From Oscillospiraceae bacterium (lineage in GTDB: Bacteria; Bacillota; Clostridia; Oscillospirales; Oscillospiraceae): 53,670 bases of DNA. Each line of letters opens with the position of its first letter. The first letter of the stretch is position 1. Location of the stretch: assembly GCA_009776905.1 (NCBI GenBank), contig WRMX01000001.1, positions 1 through 53,670 of the forward strand. Reading direction: 5' to 3'. A program made the position numbers and the translations under genes. The notes beneath the pieces were generated by a model that was given only the letters and a program-made list of their open reading frames with translations, ran no database searches and was not told the origin of the DNA. Of this stretch, positions 35,906 through 44,129 are shown one piece after another.

Positions 35906-36750
35906 GTGCCCACTTTCATCTTTTTGGCCCGCTTCGACCTGCCGCCGGGCATGAACTCGCCAATAAGGAGCTTCTCGAAAATATCGGGGTCTAAGCTGCG
36001 CTTGAGCATGCCGTCCACGGCGACGGAGATTGTGCCCGTCTGCTCGGACACGATGACCGCCACAGCGTCCGACCGTTCGCTGATCCCAAGGCCGGCCCTA
36101 TGCCTCATGCCGAGGTCGCGGCTGAGGTTGAAATTATTGGTCATTGGCAGCATGCAGGAAGCGGCGAGCACGCGCCCGTCCCTCACTAGCAAGGCGCCGT
36201 CGTGAAGCGGCGAGTCCTTATAGAAAACGCTCTGGATAAGCTCGGAAGAAATGGTCGCATCCAGCCTCGTGCCCGTGACCGCGTAGTCGTTCAGGCCGAC
36301 CTCCCGCTCAAAAACGATGATGGCTCCGGTCCTGTTGTCCGCCATCGCGAGCGATGCCGAAATCACGCTCCGCAAGATGGCCTCGGCGTTCTCGAGCCTG
36401 ATGCGCTTCCTGAAGATGATGTTGAGCCTGCTGCTGCCGACCTGCTCGAAGAGCTTGCGCAGCTCCGGCTGGAACAGGACGATGAGCACCAAGAGGCCCA
36501 TCTGCAGCATCTGGTTCAGCAGATACGTGATCACCTTCATGTTCAAGAAGTTGGAGACCCAGGCGATTACGAGCAGGAATATGATGCCCTTTATGACGCT
36601 GCTGGCGCTAGTCTTGCGCATGAGGGTCAGTATTCTGTATATGAGATATGCGATGATAAGGACGTCGACGATGTCCCAAGGGCTGATCGTCCGGCCCAGC
36701 GACAGCATCAATGTCCATACATCGTTGAGTATCTCTTTGATTTTATCCAT
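35902..36750 (-). CDS. cdaA: Diadenylate cyclase CdaA (DacA)
   Basis: Three N-terminal TM helices, then the DAC domain: TGAIIVFERE, PLHDGALLV, LGMRHRAGLGISERSDAVAVIVSEQTGTISVA. Confidence 0.93.
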   Translation of the reverse strand: MDKIKEILNDVWTLMLSLGRTISPWDIVDVLIIAYLIYRILTLMRKTSASSVIKGIIFLLVIAWVSNFLNMKVITYLLNQMLQMGLLVLIVLFQPELRKLFEQVGSSRLNIIFRKRIRLENAEAILRSVISASLAMADNRTGAIIVFEREVGLNDYAVTGTRLDATISSELIQSVFYKDSPLHDGALLVRDGRVLAASCMLPMTNNFNLSRDLGMRHRAGLGISERSDAVAVIVSEQTGTISVAVDGMLKRSLDPDIFEKLLIGEFMPGGRSKRAKKMKVGT

Positions 36751-36880
36751 AAAAGTGTTTCCTTAACGTGAGGCGCCGCCTTCAGTAACGAGAAGCCCCG
36801 CCTTCTATAGCGTGAGGCGTCGCACCGCTACCCGAGGGCAGTTTTAAGCGCAGCACGCGATTTTTTGCTGCTGCGCCGCC

Positions 36881-36909
36881 ATTATACAATATCCAGACCG
36901 TTTTTACAA
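36881..36909 (-). promoter_or_regulatory. Candidate sigma-A promoter for cdaA (TTGTAA-17 nt-TATAAT)
   Basis: The minus strand reads TTGTAA AAACGGTCTGGATATTG TATAAT. It would give a leader of about 120 nt. Confidence 0.45.
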
Positions 36910-36962
36910 TTAAAAAAGTGTAAACAACCTACCCGGGATACGCAAGTGCGTGAACTGTAGTA

Positions 36963-36990
36963 CTGTCTGATCGCTGCTGTCTGATCGCTG
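36963..36990. repeat. 14-bp direct repeat CTGTCTGATCGCTG x2, plus a partial third, at the left edge of the AT-rich island
   Basis: Read directly, immediately upstream of the dinJ promoter. Confidence 0.85.
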
Positions 36991-37001
36991 CTGTCAAATG
37001 G

Positions 37002-37030
37002 TTGACAAACGTATACTTTATGTGTACAAT
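37002..37030 (+). promoter_or_regulatory. Near-consensus sigma-A promoter for the dinJ antitoxin gene (TTGACA-17 nt-TACAAT)
   Basis: TTGACA at 37002-37007 and TACAAT at 37025-37030 with a 17-nt spacer. GAGGTGG RBS and the ATG at 37049 follow. A TGTACA palindrome overlaps the -10 and could be an operator. Confidence 0.6.
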
Positions 37031-37048
37031 GTGTGCGAGGTGGTAATT

Positions 37049-37336
37049 ATGAATGAAAATGTTAAATCTGCCCAAATGCATATTAGAGTAAACCCGGAAG
37101 TTAGAGATAGAGCCATGGAAGTTCTAAATGAGATCGGTATCACTGTTTCTGATTTAGTCACTATGTTGCTTAATCAAGTTGCTATTCAAAAAAGAGTTCC
37201 TTTTGATTTACTGACAGATAAGTATATTTGCGCCCATGGATACCTGCATGATTACTCGGACTTTGCGCCACCCAATGACGATGAATATCACGTGTTTGGT
37301 AGTTGGTCAGAGGCTAAGGAGTGGTTGAATGCTTAA
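37049..37336 (+). CDS. dinJ: Type II antitoxin, RelB/DinJ family
   Basis: MHIRVNPEVRDRAMEVLNEIGITVSDLVTMLLNQVAIQKRVPFDL is the DinJ ribbon-helix-helix pattern. The ATG at 37049 has a good RBS. Confidence 0.8.
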   Translation: MNENVKSAQMHIRVNPEVRDRAMEVLNEIGITVSDLVTMLLNQVAIQKRVPFDLLTDKYICAHGYLHDYSDFAPPNDDEYHVFGSWSEAKEWLNA

Positions 37337-37484
37337 TCCTGTTCCATCGACTCGATTCAAAAAGAACTATCAGGCAATGGTAAAGCGTGGCTACGATATG
37401 AGTCTGATTGATGAAGTCATTGACACGCTTTTGAAAGAAATGCCTATTCCCTCACCTGCAAGAGTGCCAATGGCGGCCTCCTGA
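37329..37484 (+). pseudogene. Truncated YafQ/RelE-family toxin gene (N-terminal ~40 codons only)
   Basis: Own translation: MLNPVPSTRFKKNYQAMVKRGYDMSLIDEVIDTLLKEMPIP.... This matches the N-terminus of YafQ toxins (F-KKDY...KRG.D...L..VI..L). The catalytic C-terminal half is absent. The frame runs into the convergent permease 3' end and stops at 37484. Confidence 0.6.
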
Positions 37485-40400
37485 CAATGACCGCAGCGCC
37501 GAATAGCGAGCCAATCAAAACTGCAGCAAGGTATTGGCAAGCGAAAGCAACGCATAAAAGCATGTTCGCAGACCATGGCAAAAAAGCAATCAAACACACG
37601 CAGACAGCCAAGCCCGCCAAGTTTACAACGATCTGCTCCGAGCACAGGAGCGTCAAAGCCAGCCTTTTTGTTGTGCCGAGTATCCGCATTATTGATGCAA
37701 TGATAGCATTTTGCGCCATTAAAAGCATGGAAAGGCCAAGCCCGATGATTATTGAAAGCGCAATGGCTATGGGATATGCAACATGAAGCAGGGACAGGGA
37801 CTGCTCCATAGAACCGACGACAGCTTGCAGCTCTTCGTCATATATGAAGAGTTCGAGCAGCACGCCCCAGCCGGGCAAATAAGACGGATTCTCCATTATG
37901 AGACGTAAATTGTTCTTGACTTCCAACAGATCCCTGTTGTATTGCGGATTAATGCAGAGGCTCATCGACAAATACCCTATATTATCGCCGACCACATACT
38001 CAAGCGCAGATACCGGCATGACAACAGCCTCGCGCAGCTCCTCCTGTCGGATGCACGAATTATGTAAACCGACGACCTCGACGGGGCATGCTGTCCATGG
38101 TCCGGTATATATGCCATCAAGGCTCGTGCGCGGCTGATTGATGTATATAAATGCCTGATTCCCAACCTCCAGGCCATACTCGTGCGCGGCGTTTTCGGAT
38201 ATTATGACGGGGATGGGCTTGCCTTCGTTGAAGACAAACAATGATTCGTCATAATTATCGGTATATGCTATTTGAATGTCGCTCGCCAGGTCGTTATCGG
38301 AGTAGAGCCCGACGCCAAGATTGTTTTGGACGAATTCGCGAAGATCGCTGACGCCCATAAGAACATCCAGGCTCTCTTCGTTATATACAATGCTCCTCGC
38401 ATGGTCATATCCCGCAATCTTCTCCCACTCTTTTGGAAAAGAACCGTCGGATTCCGATGGGAGAAGCAACCCCCATGAATACGCCGACTCATAATATATG
38501 CCCTGCGCATAACCGCTGTCCACAACCTCCCTCACCACCCTTGGGCGTATAAGGTCCCCTATGTTATGGAGCGGCGATGGCAGCCCTTGGTTTGTCGGAA
38601 TTAACTCAGCTTTCACTGTTGTGCTATTATACAGATGATCGATTTCATTATCAGAGCGCGTAATCGCGCTATCGATCCAACACAGCGCGGCAATGAAAAC
38701 CAATGCAGAAATAGCGCATAGCACCGTTTTTAATGCCGATCTCGTAATGCGCAGCAAAACAAAGCGCAACGCAAACCGTAAACGATTGCCAAACAATGCA
38801 TGCCTTGCATCGCCAATAGACGGTTTAGCAATGCCCGCTCGACGCTCGACCTCCGTCTCAGCAACGCGACGCTCGACCTCCGTCTCAGCAGCGCGGAGCA
38901 ACGATCCCGTTGCAGCTACTGCAGCTGCTCGGCGCGCGACTTCCACGCCCCTGTTATACAATAGCTCCATAACTGAACGGCGTGACAAGCCTCTGATGCA
39001 TAATGCCGCGACAATGGCGAAAAGCGCTATTATCAAAACCATGAACACAGGCAAAAGGTAAACACTTAACGATGTATCAAGAGAGAACCCGAAGGTCGTT
39101 GCAATTTCACCAAAAGGATTGAGCGTATTTGCGGAAATATCAGCAACAAAGCGCCATCCGACCGCGCAGCCAATTATAATGGACGGTGTGGCAAATGCCA
39201 CAAACGATAGTATTGTTTCAATGAATGTCTTTTTCCCGGAGCACCCCAATGCGCGCATGATCGCTATTTCCTTTTTTCTTTGCCTGATCAACAAAAATAC
39301 GATAATCAGCATTGCAGCTAACATTACAACAGCAAAAATGATTACGTTATTCTCCACTGCCCTAATAATAGGTTCTGCAGCTGCCCAAAAGCCCATCGCT
39401 CCGTTGTCAATAAGGGCGACATCATAGCCGTAATCCGCCAAAGCTTTTTTGTTTTCAGCAAGAAACTCTTCGCCGGACCTTGAGTCTTTCAGGACAAAGC
39501 TGTAACGGAACTGCGGCATGTACGCTTGTTCATCATGCCATCTGTTTTCGGCGGCGGGGTATTGGACCGATATATCTGCCGGCAGGCAGGCATCGGGAAC
39601 AAAGATATACGTGCTTGCAAGAGCGCCCAGCTCGTCCATGTAATACTCCGTGGTGTTTAGTATACGAAAACCAAAAATGCCTACGATGCTTACATCCAAA
39701 TCATAATATCGCGTGCCGGAAGGTGGGCTGTCGATGAGGTATTCCGTAAACATTCGACCGCCATTTGCTATTGTAATGGGCGCGGCTGCAACTTGATCCT
39801 GCGGGACACTTATGTTAAGACTGTCGCCAACGGACAGCCTCATGGTATCGGCAAAAAATTCATTGACCACAACGACCGGCCGTGCGTTGATTTGGTCGTC
39901 GTAATCGAGCCACCGTCCGTCGACCAAGCTGACCATTCGGCTTTCCGGCTGAGTCAGCGGCATCAGCGTCATATCCGATGTGCTGAGCAGCTGAATCGCT
40001 CCCATGCTCTGCCTCATCAGCTTCAACTCTCTGTCCAACCATTCAAACCCGGGCGATGAGGAATCAACAACCGTCCCCTCCGGCATATCAATGTACCATT
40101 TTGGGTCCTTGGTCAATTGAATTAAGCCTCTTTCAAAAGAATCCGACGACTCCAATGAAGTATCAGCGTTCAAAGGCAGCAATGTGCTATATTCTTTACC
40201 GTTCGCGAAGGTGCCTGTCAGATATCTCGCGAAGTAGCGATCGCCGACGTGCATCCCTGCGATCACCGTCGGAAGCCAGCTCGTATCCGAAGGCAAACCC
40301 GCGTAATCAAATGCTTTTCGATATTCGTCAATTTCCGCATCTGTGAGATAATACCTTATCTCGGCAACATCCCCCTCCCTCACAGACCGGTTGCACGTCT

Positions 40401-40875
40401 CTAATATGCTTTCGACATAAAATGACAACTCGATGAATGGGTTGATAGTAACATAGCTTTCTGCATTTATTTTAAGGCCAAGCAGATTGCCATAAAAAAA
40501 CGTGTCGGTATGATGGCGATATTGGAGTTTCGATTCCGGCGTGCCTATGTAACGATCAAGCCGCGAATTATTTAAGCCTTGAAGAATCCCCATGGCAGTC
40601 CTGCGATTGTCGGCGCGCTCCACATATTGGCTCTTTGATATGATATCCGCGCCTTGCGATATATCATCGAAAACGCTTCTGTTTTCTATATCTTGCAGAT
40701 AGCCTATCGACTTATAATAGCCGCCGATGCCGTCAATTTGCTGCGTTACGACAAAATACTCCGCCAAGCGCAGTATCATGGCCATTGAGGCCGCAACGAG
40801 CAGTAACATGGCCAAAGCTGTGCGTATGGGCTGTCTCAGCATTGACAGCAAGATAACATTCCTACGTGTGGTCAT
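37444..40875 (-). CDS. Large ABC-transporter-type permease with two FtsX domains (MacB/BceB-like topology); no adjacent ATPase
   Basis: 1143 aa. TM1, then a large extracytoplasmic domain, then an FtsX block (KEIAIMRALGCSGKKTFIETILSF...). A second TM, a second extracytoplasmic domain and a second FtsX block follow (IIASIMRILGTTKRLALTLLCSEQIVVNLAG...). RBS AAAGGAGG. Confidence 0.85.
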   Translation of the reverse strand: MTTRRNVILLSMLRQPIRTALAMLLLVAASMAMILRLAEYFVVTQQIDGIGGYYKSIGYLQDIENRSVFDDISQGADIISKSQYVERADNRRTAMGILQGLNNSRLDRYIGTPESKLQYRHHTDTFFYGNLLGLKINAESYVTINPFIELSFYVESILETCNRSVREGDVAEIRYYLTDAEIDEYRKAFDYAGLPSDTSWLPTVIAGMHVGDRYFARYLTGTFANGKEYSTLLPLNADTSLESSDSFERGLIQLTKDPKWYIDMPEGTVVDSSSPGFEWLDRELKLMRQSMGAIQLLSTSDMTLMPLTQPESRMVSLVDGRWLDYDDQINARPVVVVNEFFADTMRLSVGDSLNISVPQDQVAAAPITIANGGRMFTEYLIDSPPSGTRYYDLDVSIVGIFGFRILNTTEYYMDELGALASTYIFVPDACLPADISVQYPAAENRWHDEQAYMPQFRYSFVLKDSRSGEEFLAENKKALADYGYDVALIDNGAMGFWAAAEPIIRAVENNVIIFAVVMLAAMLIIVFLLIRQRKKEIAIMRALGCSGKKTFIETILSFVAFATPSIIIGCAVGWRFVADISANTLNPFGEIATTFGFSLDTSLSVYLLPVFMVLIIALFAIVAALCIRGLSRRSVMELLYNRGVEVARRAAAVAATGSLLRAAETEVERRVAETEVERRAGIAKPSIGDARHALFGNRLRFALRFVLLRITRSALKTVLCAISALVFIAALCWIDSAITRSDNEIDHLYNSTTVKAELIPTNQGLPSPLHNIGDLIRPRVVREVVDSGYAQGIYYESAYSWGLLLPSESDGSFPKEWEKIAGYDHARSIVYNEESLDVLMGVSDLREFVQNNLGVGLYSDNDLASDIQIAYTDNYDESLFVFNEGKPIPVIISENAAHEYGLEVGNQAFIYINQPRTSLDGIYTGPWTACPVEVVGLHNSCIRQEELREAVVMPVSALEYVVGDNIGYLSMSLCINPQYNRDLLEVKNNLRLIMENPSYLPGWGVLLELFIYDEELQAVVGSMEQSLSLLHVAYPIAIALSIIIGLGLSMLLMAQNAIIASIMRILGTTKRLALTLLCSEQIVVNLAGLAVCVCLIAFLPWSANMLLCVAFACQYLAAVLIGSLFGAAVIVRRPPLALLQVRE
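38841..38894. repeat. In-frame 27-bp tandem duplication inside the permease linker
   Basis: GACGCTCGACCTCCGTCTCAGCA(A/G)CGC occurs at 38841 and 38868. It encodes AETEVERRV / AETEVERRA. Confidence 0.9.
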
Positions 40876-40938
40876 GATGGTTCCTCCTTTTAAGCCGGTT
40901 ATATTGCATGTGGTGCTTTCATGCGTGTCCGTCAGTCA

Positions 40939-41397
40939 CTATCTATTCAGTTTATGTACCTCGACTACGTCGGGCGGCAAACCAAATTTATCGACAAAAT
41001 GGACCATGAATAGATTCGACCCGAACGTATGATATTTGAACCACCCATCAAGCACTTGCCTGAAAACTTCCTTCCCGTAAAATTCCGCTATGAGCTTGCT
41101 GGGAACGCGCAAAGCATAAACAACATACTGCATGTACCACCCTAGGAAAAACCGTTCTTCTACGTGGTATCCATTGCCGGGTATTGGGGTATATTTATCA
41201 ACGTAGATTTCAAAATCGTTTTTCCATCTGTTCCAGTAGAATGCATTGATGTTGTCCATTGGGTCGGACTCAATACGTGCTTTTGTTTTCGACATGAATA
41301 GATTGAACCAATAGTCTATGAAGTCAATATCATCAGCCAGGCTCTCAGCCCAAGCCCCCATCTTAGACACGGTAATATCCGAATACTCAAACTTCAT
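40939..41397 (-). CDS. Hypothetical protein with DUF3791-like C-terminal half
   Basis: The start (MKFEYS) overlaps the upstream gene's stop by 11 nt. The C-terminal half (YALRVPSKLIAEFYGKEVFRQVLDGWFKYHTFGSNLFMVHFVDKFG) resembles my memory of DUF3791. Confidence 0.6.
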   Translation of the reverse strand: MKFEYSDITVSKMGAWAESLADDIDFIDYWFNLFMSKTKARIESDPMDNINAFYWNRWKNDFEIYVDKYTPIPGNGYHVEERFFLGWYMQYVVYALRVPSKLIAEFYGKEVFRQVLDGWFKYHTFGSNLFMVHFVDKFGLPPDVVEVHKLNR

Positions 41398-42028
41398 TAT
41401 ACCCGCCCTCATCTAAATACTCGTAAAAATATTTTTCGCCGTCTACGTGCTTTCGATATATTTCACGTACCCGATTATGCACATTTTGCATCCTTTTTCG
41501 GTTTCTTGAAATAGCGCGATCCAATTCCATTCCTCTGAGGGAGTAGCTGCCTTCCCACCTCAGGTATTTGGCGGATTCGCGAAGCGAGTACTGGTCCCCC
41601 AGTTCTGCCAGCTCTAAACACTCCAGTAAGCGTAAATCTCCAATTGTATCCCCCATAAAAGCATTGAAGGAAGGAACAAGACGGTCATTTGCGATTGTGC
41701 CGCAGACTATTGGGCTTTTCAGCGATGTCTTAAGAGCGTTCGTGCGATAACCGATAACAACTCTCAGCCAATCTCTTCCAGTTAGACGTAGAATGTCACT
41801 CTCCGGAGCCTTTAGTACATACTTGTTGATAATCGGTGTATCTTCATTTATTACCCATTCCTCAGCTATTGTTTTATGCTGAGTAACATAAAATCCCCGA
41901 CCAAAATCACAATCCGCTCGAGGGCCGGGGAACAGAATATCAGAGATATCCACAATCTTGCTACTGCCATGATACACGGGTATCTCTATTATTCTTTCAT
42001 CAGAGGTATCAGGCTCTTTTTTTTGCAA
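41387..42028 (-). CDS. DUF3990-like protein
   Basis: VYHGSSK...DFGRGFYVTQ....AEEW...WLRVVIGYR...CGTIANDRL matches my memory of the DUF3990 pattern (YHGS, DFG.GFY.T, ..W., G.iADD). RBS GGAAGGAGG upstream. Confidence 0.7.
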   Translation of the reverse strand: MQKKEPDTSDERIIEIPVYHGSSKIVDISDILFPGPRADCDFGRGFYVTQHKTIAEEWVINEDTPIINKYVLKAPESDILRLTGRDWLRVVIGYRTNALKTSLKSPIVCGTIANDRLVPSFNAFMGDTIGDLRLLECLELAELGDQYSLRESAKYLRWEGSYSLRGMELDRAISRNRKRMQNVHNRVREIYRKHVDGEKYFYEYLDEGGYNEV

Positions 42029-42101
42029 CTGTTGCTAACCTCCTTCCGCAATCGATGCGCCTGTCGTGCCTTAAACTAGCGGTATTGTGACATAACAGCC
42101 G

Positions 42102-42581
42102 TCAGCTTGTTATTTTTTCCAACAGGACGGCGGCGGTCGACGCAATGCCCGAGCCGTCGCCGGTGAAGCCAAGCCCCTCCTCCGTGGTCGCCTTCACGCT
42201 GATGCTCGTGATCGCGACGTTGAGCGCCTTTGCGACGCAGTTGCGCATATGGTAGATATGCTGCGACAGCCTTGGCGTCTGGAGGATGATAACGATGTCC
42301 GCGTTGGAGAGCGCGTACCCCTGCTCCTTGACTATCGAATACACGTCTTTCAGCATGTCTATGCTCCGAGCGTCGCGCCAGCGTTCGTCGGTGTTCGGGA
42401 AATGCTGGCCGATGTCGCCGAGCGCGAGCGCGCCGAGCATGGCGTCCATCAGCGCGTGGAGCGGCACGTCCGAGTCCGAGTGGCCATCCGGGCCGAACTC
42501 GCATGGGATCTCCACGCCGCATAATATGCATTTGCGCCCTGCTTTCAGGCGGTGCGCGTCGTAACCAATACCGATCCTCAT
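42102..42581 (-). CDS. ispF: 2-C-methyl-D-erythritol 2,4-cyclodiphosphate synthase
   Basis: MRIGIGYDAHRL, GHSDSDVPLHALMDAMLGA, GDIGQHFP and KATTEEGLGFTG motifs. The ATG at 42581 lies 8 nt after AAGGAG. Confidence 0.93.
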   Translation of the reverse strand: MRIGIGYDAHRLKAGRKCILCGVEIPCEFGPDGHSDSDVPLHALMDAMLGALALGDIGQHFPNTDERWRDARSIDMLKDVYSIVKEQGYALSNADIVIILQTPRLSQHIYHMRNCVAKALNVAITSISVKATTEEGLGFTGDGSGIASTAAVLLEKITS

Positions 42582-42627
42582 ATTCATCGCTCCTTGCATT
42601 TGGCATTATTTGTTTTGCATTTCGTGG

Positions 42628-42750
42628 GTCCGGGATGGACTCTCGTCATAGGTATATCGTGTTCCGGGTGGCTTGCGGTCCGGGCGGTTTGCGTTCCGGC
42701 GCAGCTGGCAGTCCGGGCGGTTTGCGGTACGGCGCAGCTTGCGGTCCAGT
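42628..42750. repeat. Degenerate ~16.5/33-bp tandem repeat in the ispD-ispF spacer
   Basis: GTCCGGG(C/A)(G/T)G recurs at 42628, 42678 and 42711, with GTTCCGGG at 42661 and GTCCAG at 42744. Units alternate GTCCGGGCGGTTTGCG and G(T)(T/A)CGGCGCAGCT(G/T)GC(A/G). Confidence 0.8.
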
Positions 42751-42754
42751 CGCG

Positions 42755-43483
42755 TCAGGCTCCATCGCGCTCTGCGAGGAATGCTTCCGCGACGCGTAGG
42801 TCCGAGCTCGTAGTAATCTTGATGTTTTCACGAGTGCCTTCCGTGATGTGTACCGGGCAACCGAGCATTTCGACAGCTTGGCAGTCGTCCGTCACGTCGA
42901 CCGATTTGTTCTTCGCGTTCGTCAGCGCTGCCTTGATCAGATCCTTGTCGAAAACCTGCGGTGTTTGCATCTCATAAAGCCCTTCCCTGTCAACGGTCTC
43001 CGATATGATGCCGTCACGCGCCCGCTTAACGGTCGAACTGACGGGAATCGCAGGGGCTGCGGCATGGTGCCTCATTGCGGCTTCTATCGCGCGAATTATT
43101 GTGGCCGAGTCTACGCATGGCCTGGCCCCGTCGTGTATGGCGACAAGCTCGGCCTTTTCCTCAACTGCGTATATGCCGTTGAGCACGGAGAGCAACCTTG
43201 TTTCGCCGCCGACTATGACTTTTACGGCTTTAGTGATTCGATATTTCTCGCATAACGCGCTGACGTCAGTTAGTGCGTCGGCGCGCGCGACAACGATGAT
43301 TTCATCAATAAGCGCGCACTTTTGATATGCCATTAGCGTGTACGCCAGCACGGGGGCGCCGTGCAGCTCCGCGAAGAGCTTGTCGCCACCGCCCATCCTG
43401 CGTGAGCTGCCGGCTGCAGCGATCACGGCGGTGCATGCCGGCGCATTCTTGCTCCGCTTCATAAGTTTGAAGATATTTGGCAT
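42755..43483 (-). CDS. ispD: 2-C-methyl-D-erythritol 4-phosphate cytidylyltransferase
   Basis: AVIAAAGSSRRMG P-loop-like motif, VAIHDGARP and EMQTPQVF motifs. The ATG at 43483 lies 6 nt after AAGGTGG. The track start 43501 is a GTG inside that RBS region. Confidence 0.9.
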   Translation of the reverse strand: MPNIFKLMKRSKNAPACTAVIAAAGSSRRMGGGDKLFAELHGAPVLAYTLMAYQKCALIDEIIVVARADALTDVSALCEKYRITKAVKVIVGGETRLLSVLNGIYAVEEKAELVAIHDGARPCVDSATIIRAIEAAMRHHAAAPAIPVSSTVKRARDGIISETVDREGLYEMQTPQVFDKDLIKAALTNAKNKSVDVTDDCQAVEMLGCPVHITEGTRENIKITTSSDLRVAEAFLAERDGA

Positions 43484-43604
43484 AATAATCCACCTTGACA
43501 CTCATTATCGACAGCGCTCAATGACAAAAAGCAACAAGTAATATCTGCCGGCCATGAAGTGGCGGCACAATAATATTACCTGCTACTTTTCATTGTGCGA
43601 AGCA

Positions 43605-44081
43605 TTAAGCAAGCGCGGCGTTGAGGCGGGATTCGACTTCCTCGTATGAGAGCTTTTTTGAAAGGACGATTTCCGATAACAATATCTGCTTCGCGGAATG
43701 CAGCATCTTGCGTTCGCCGGTGGACAGACCCTTTTCGACATCGCGCGACATGAGCCCTTTCACGACGCAAGCGACTTCAAACAAGTCCCCGCTTTTCAGC
43801 TTCTGCATGTTCTCGCGGTAGCGCCTGTTCCAGTTGGAAGTCATCTCGACGACGATGTCGGGAATCGATGCCATGAGCGCATCCGCCTCGTCGGACCCGA
43901 CGATCTTCCTTACGCCGATCTGCTCGGTGTTTTCGGTCGGTATCATCACGACCATGCCGCCGGCCGGCATACGCAGGATGTAATACTGGCGCGTGCAGCC
44001 GTTCATCCGCTTTTCTTCGATACTGTCAATAATGCCCGCCCCATGCATGGGATGGGCGATCATATCGCCTACGCAAAACAT
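43605..44081 (-). CDS. carD: CarD/CdnL family RNA-polymerase-binding transcription regulator
   Basis: FCVGDMIAHPMHGAGIIDSIEEK....YYILRM........IP is the CarD N-terminal Tudor-like signature. 158 aa. Confidence 0.9.
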   Translation of the reverse strand: MFCVGDMIAHPMHGAGIIDSIEEKRMNGCTRQYYILRMPAGGMVVMIPTENTEQIGVRKIVGSDEADALMASIPDIVVEMTSNWNRRYRENMQKLKSGDLFEVACVVKGLMSRDVEKGLSTGERKMLHSAKQILLSEIVLSKKLSYEEVESRLNAALA

Positions 44082-44129
44082 ATGTTATTCTCTCCCAATC
44101 TTTCCCCCCGAGCAATGCCAGGCGACTTG

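Noticed and set aside
42076-42606. 176-aa ORF overlapping ispF in another frame
   Set aside because: It is an alternative frame of the same strand. It is Arg-rich with no motifs, whereas the ispF frame matches the family throughout.
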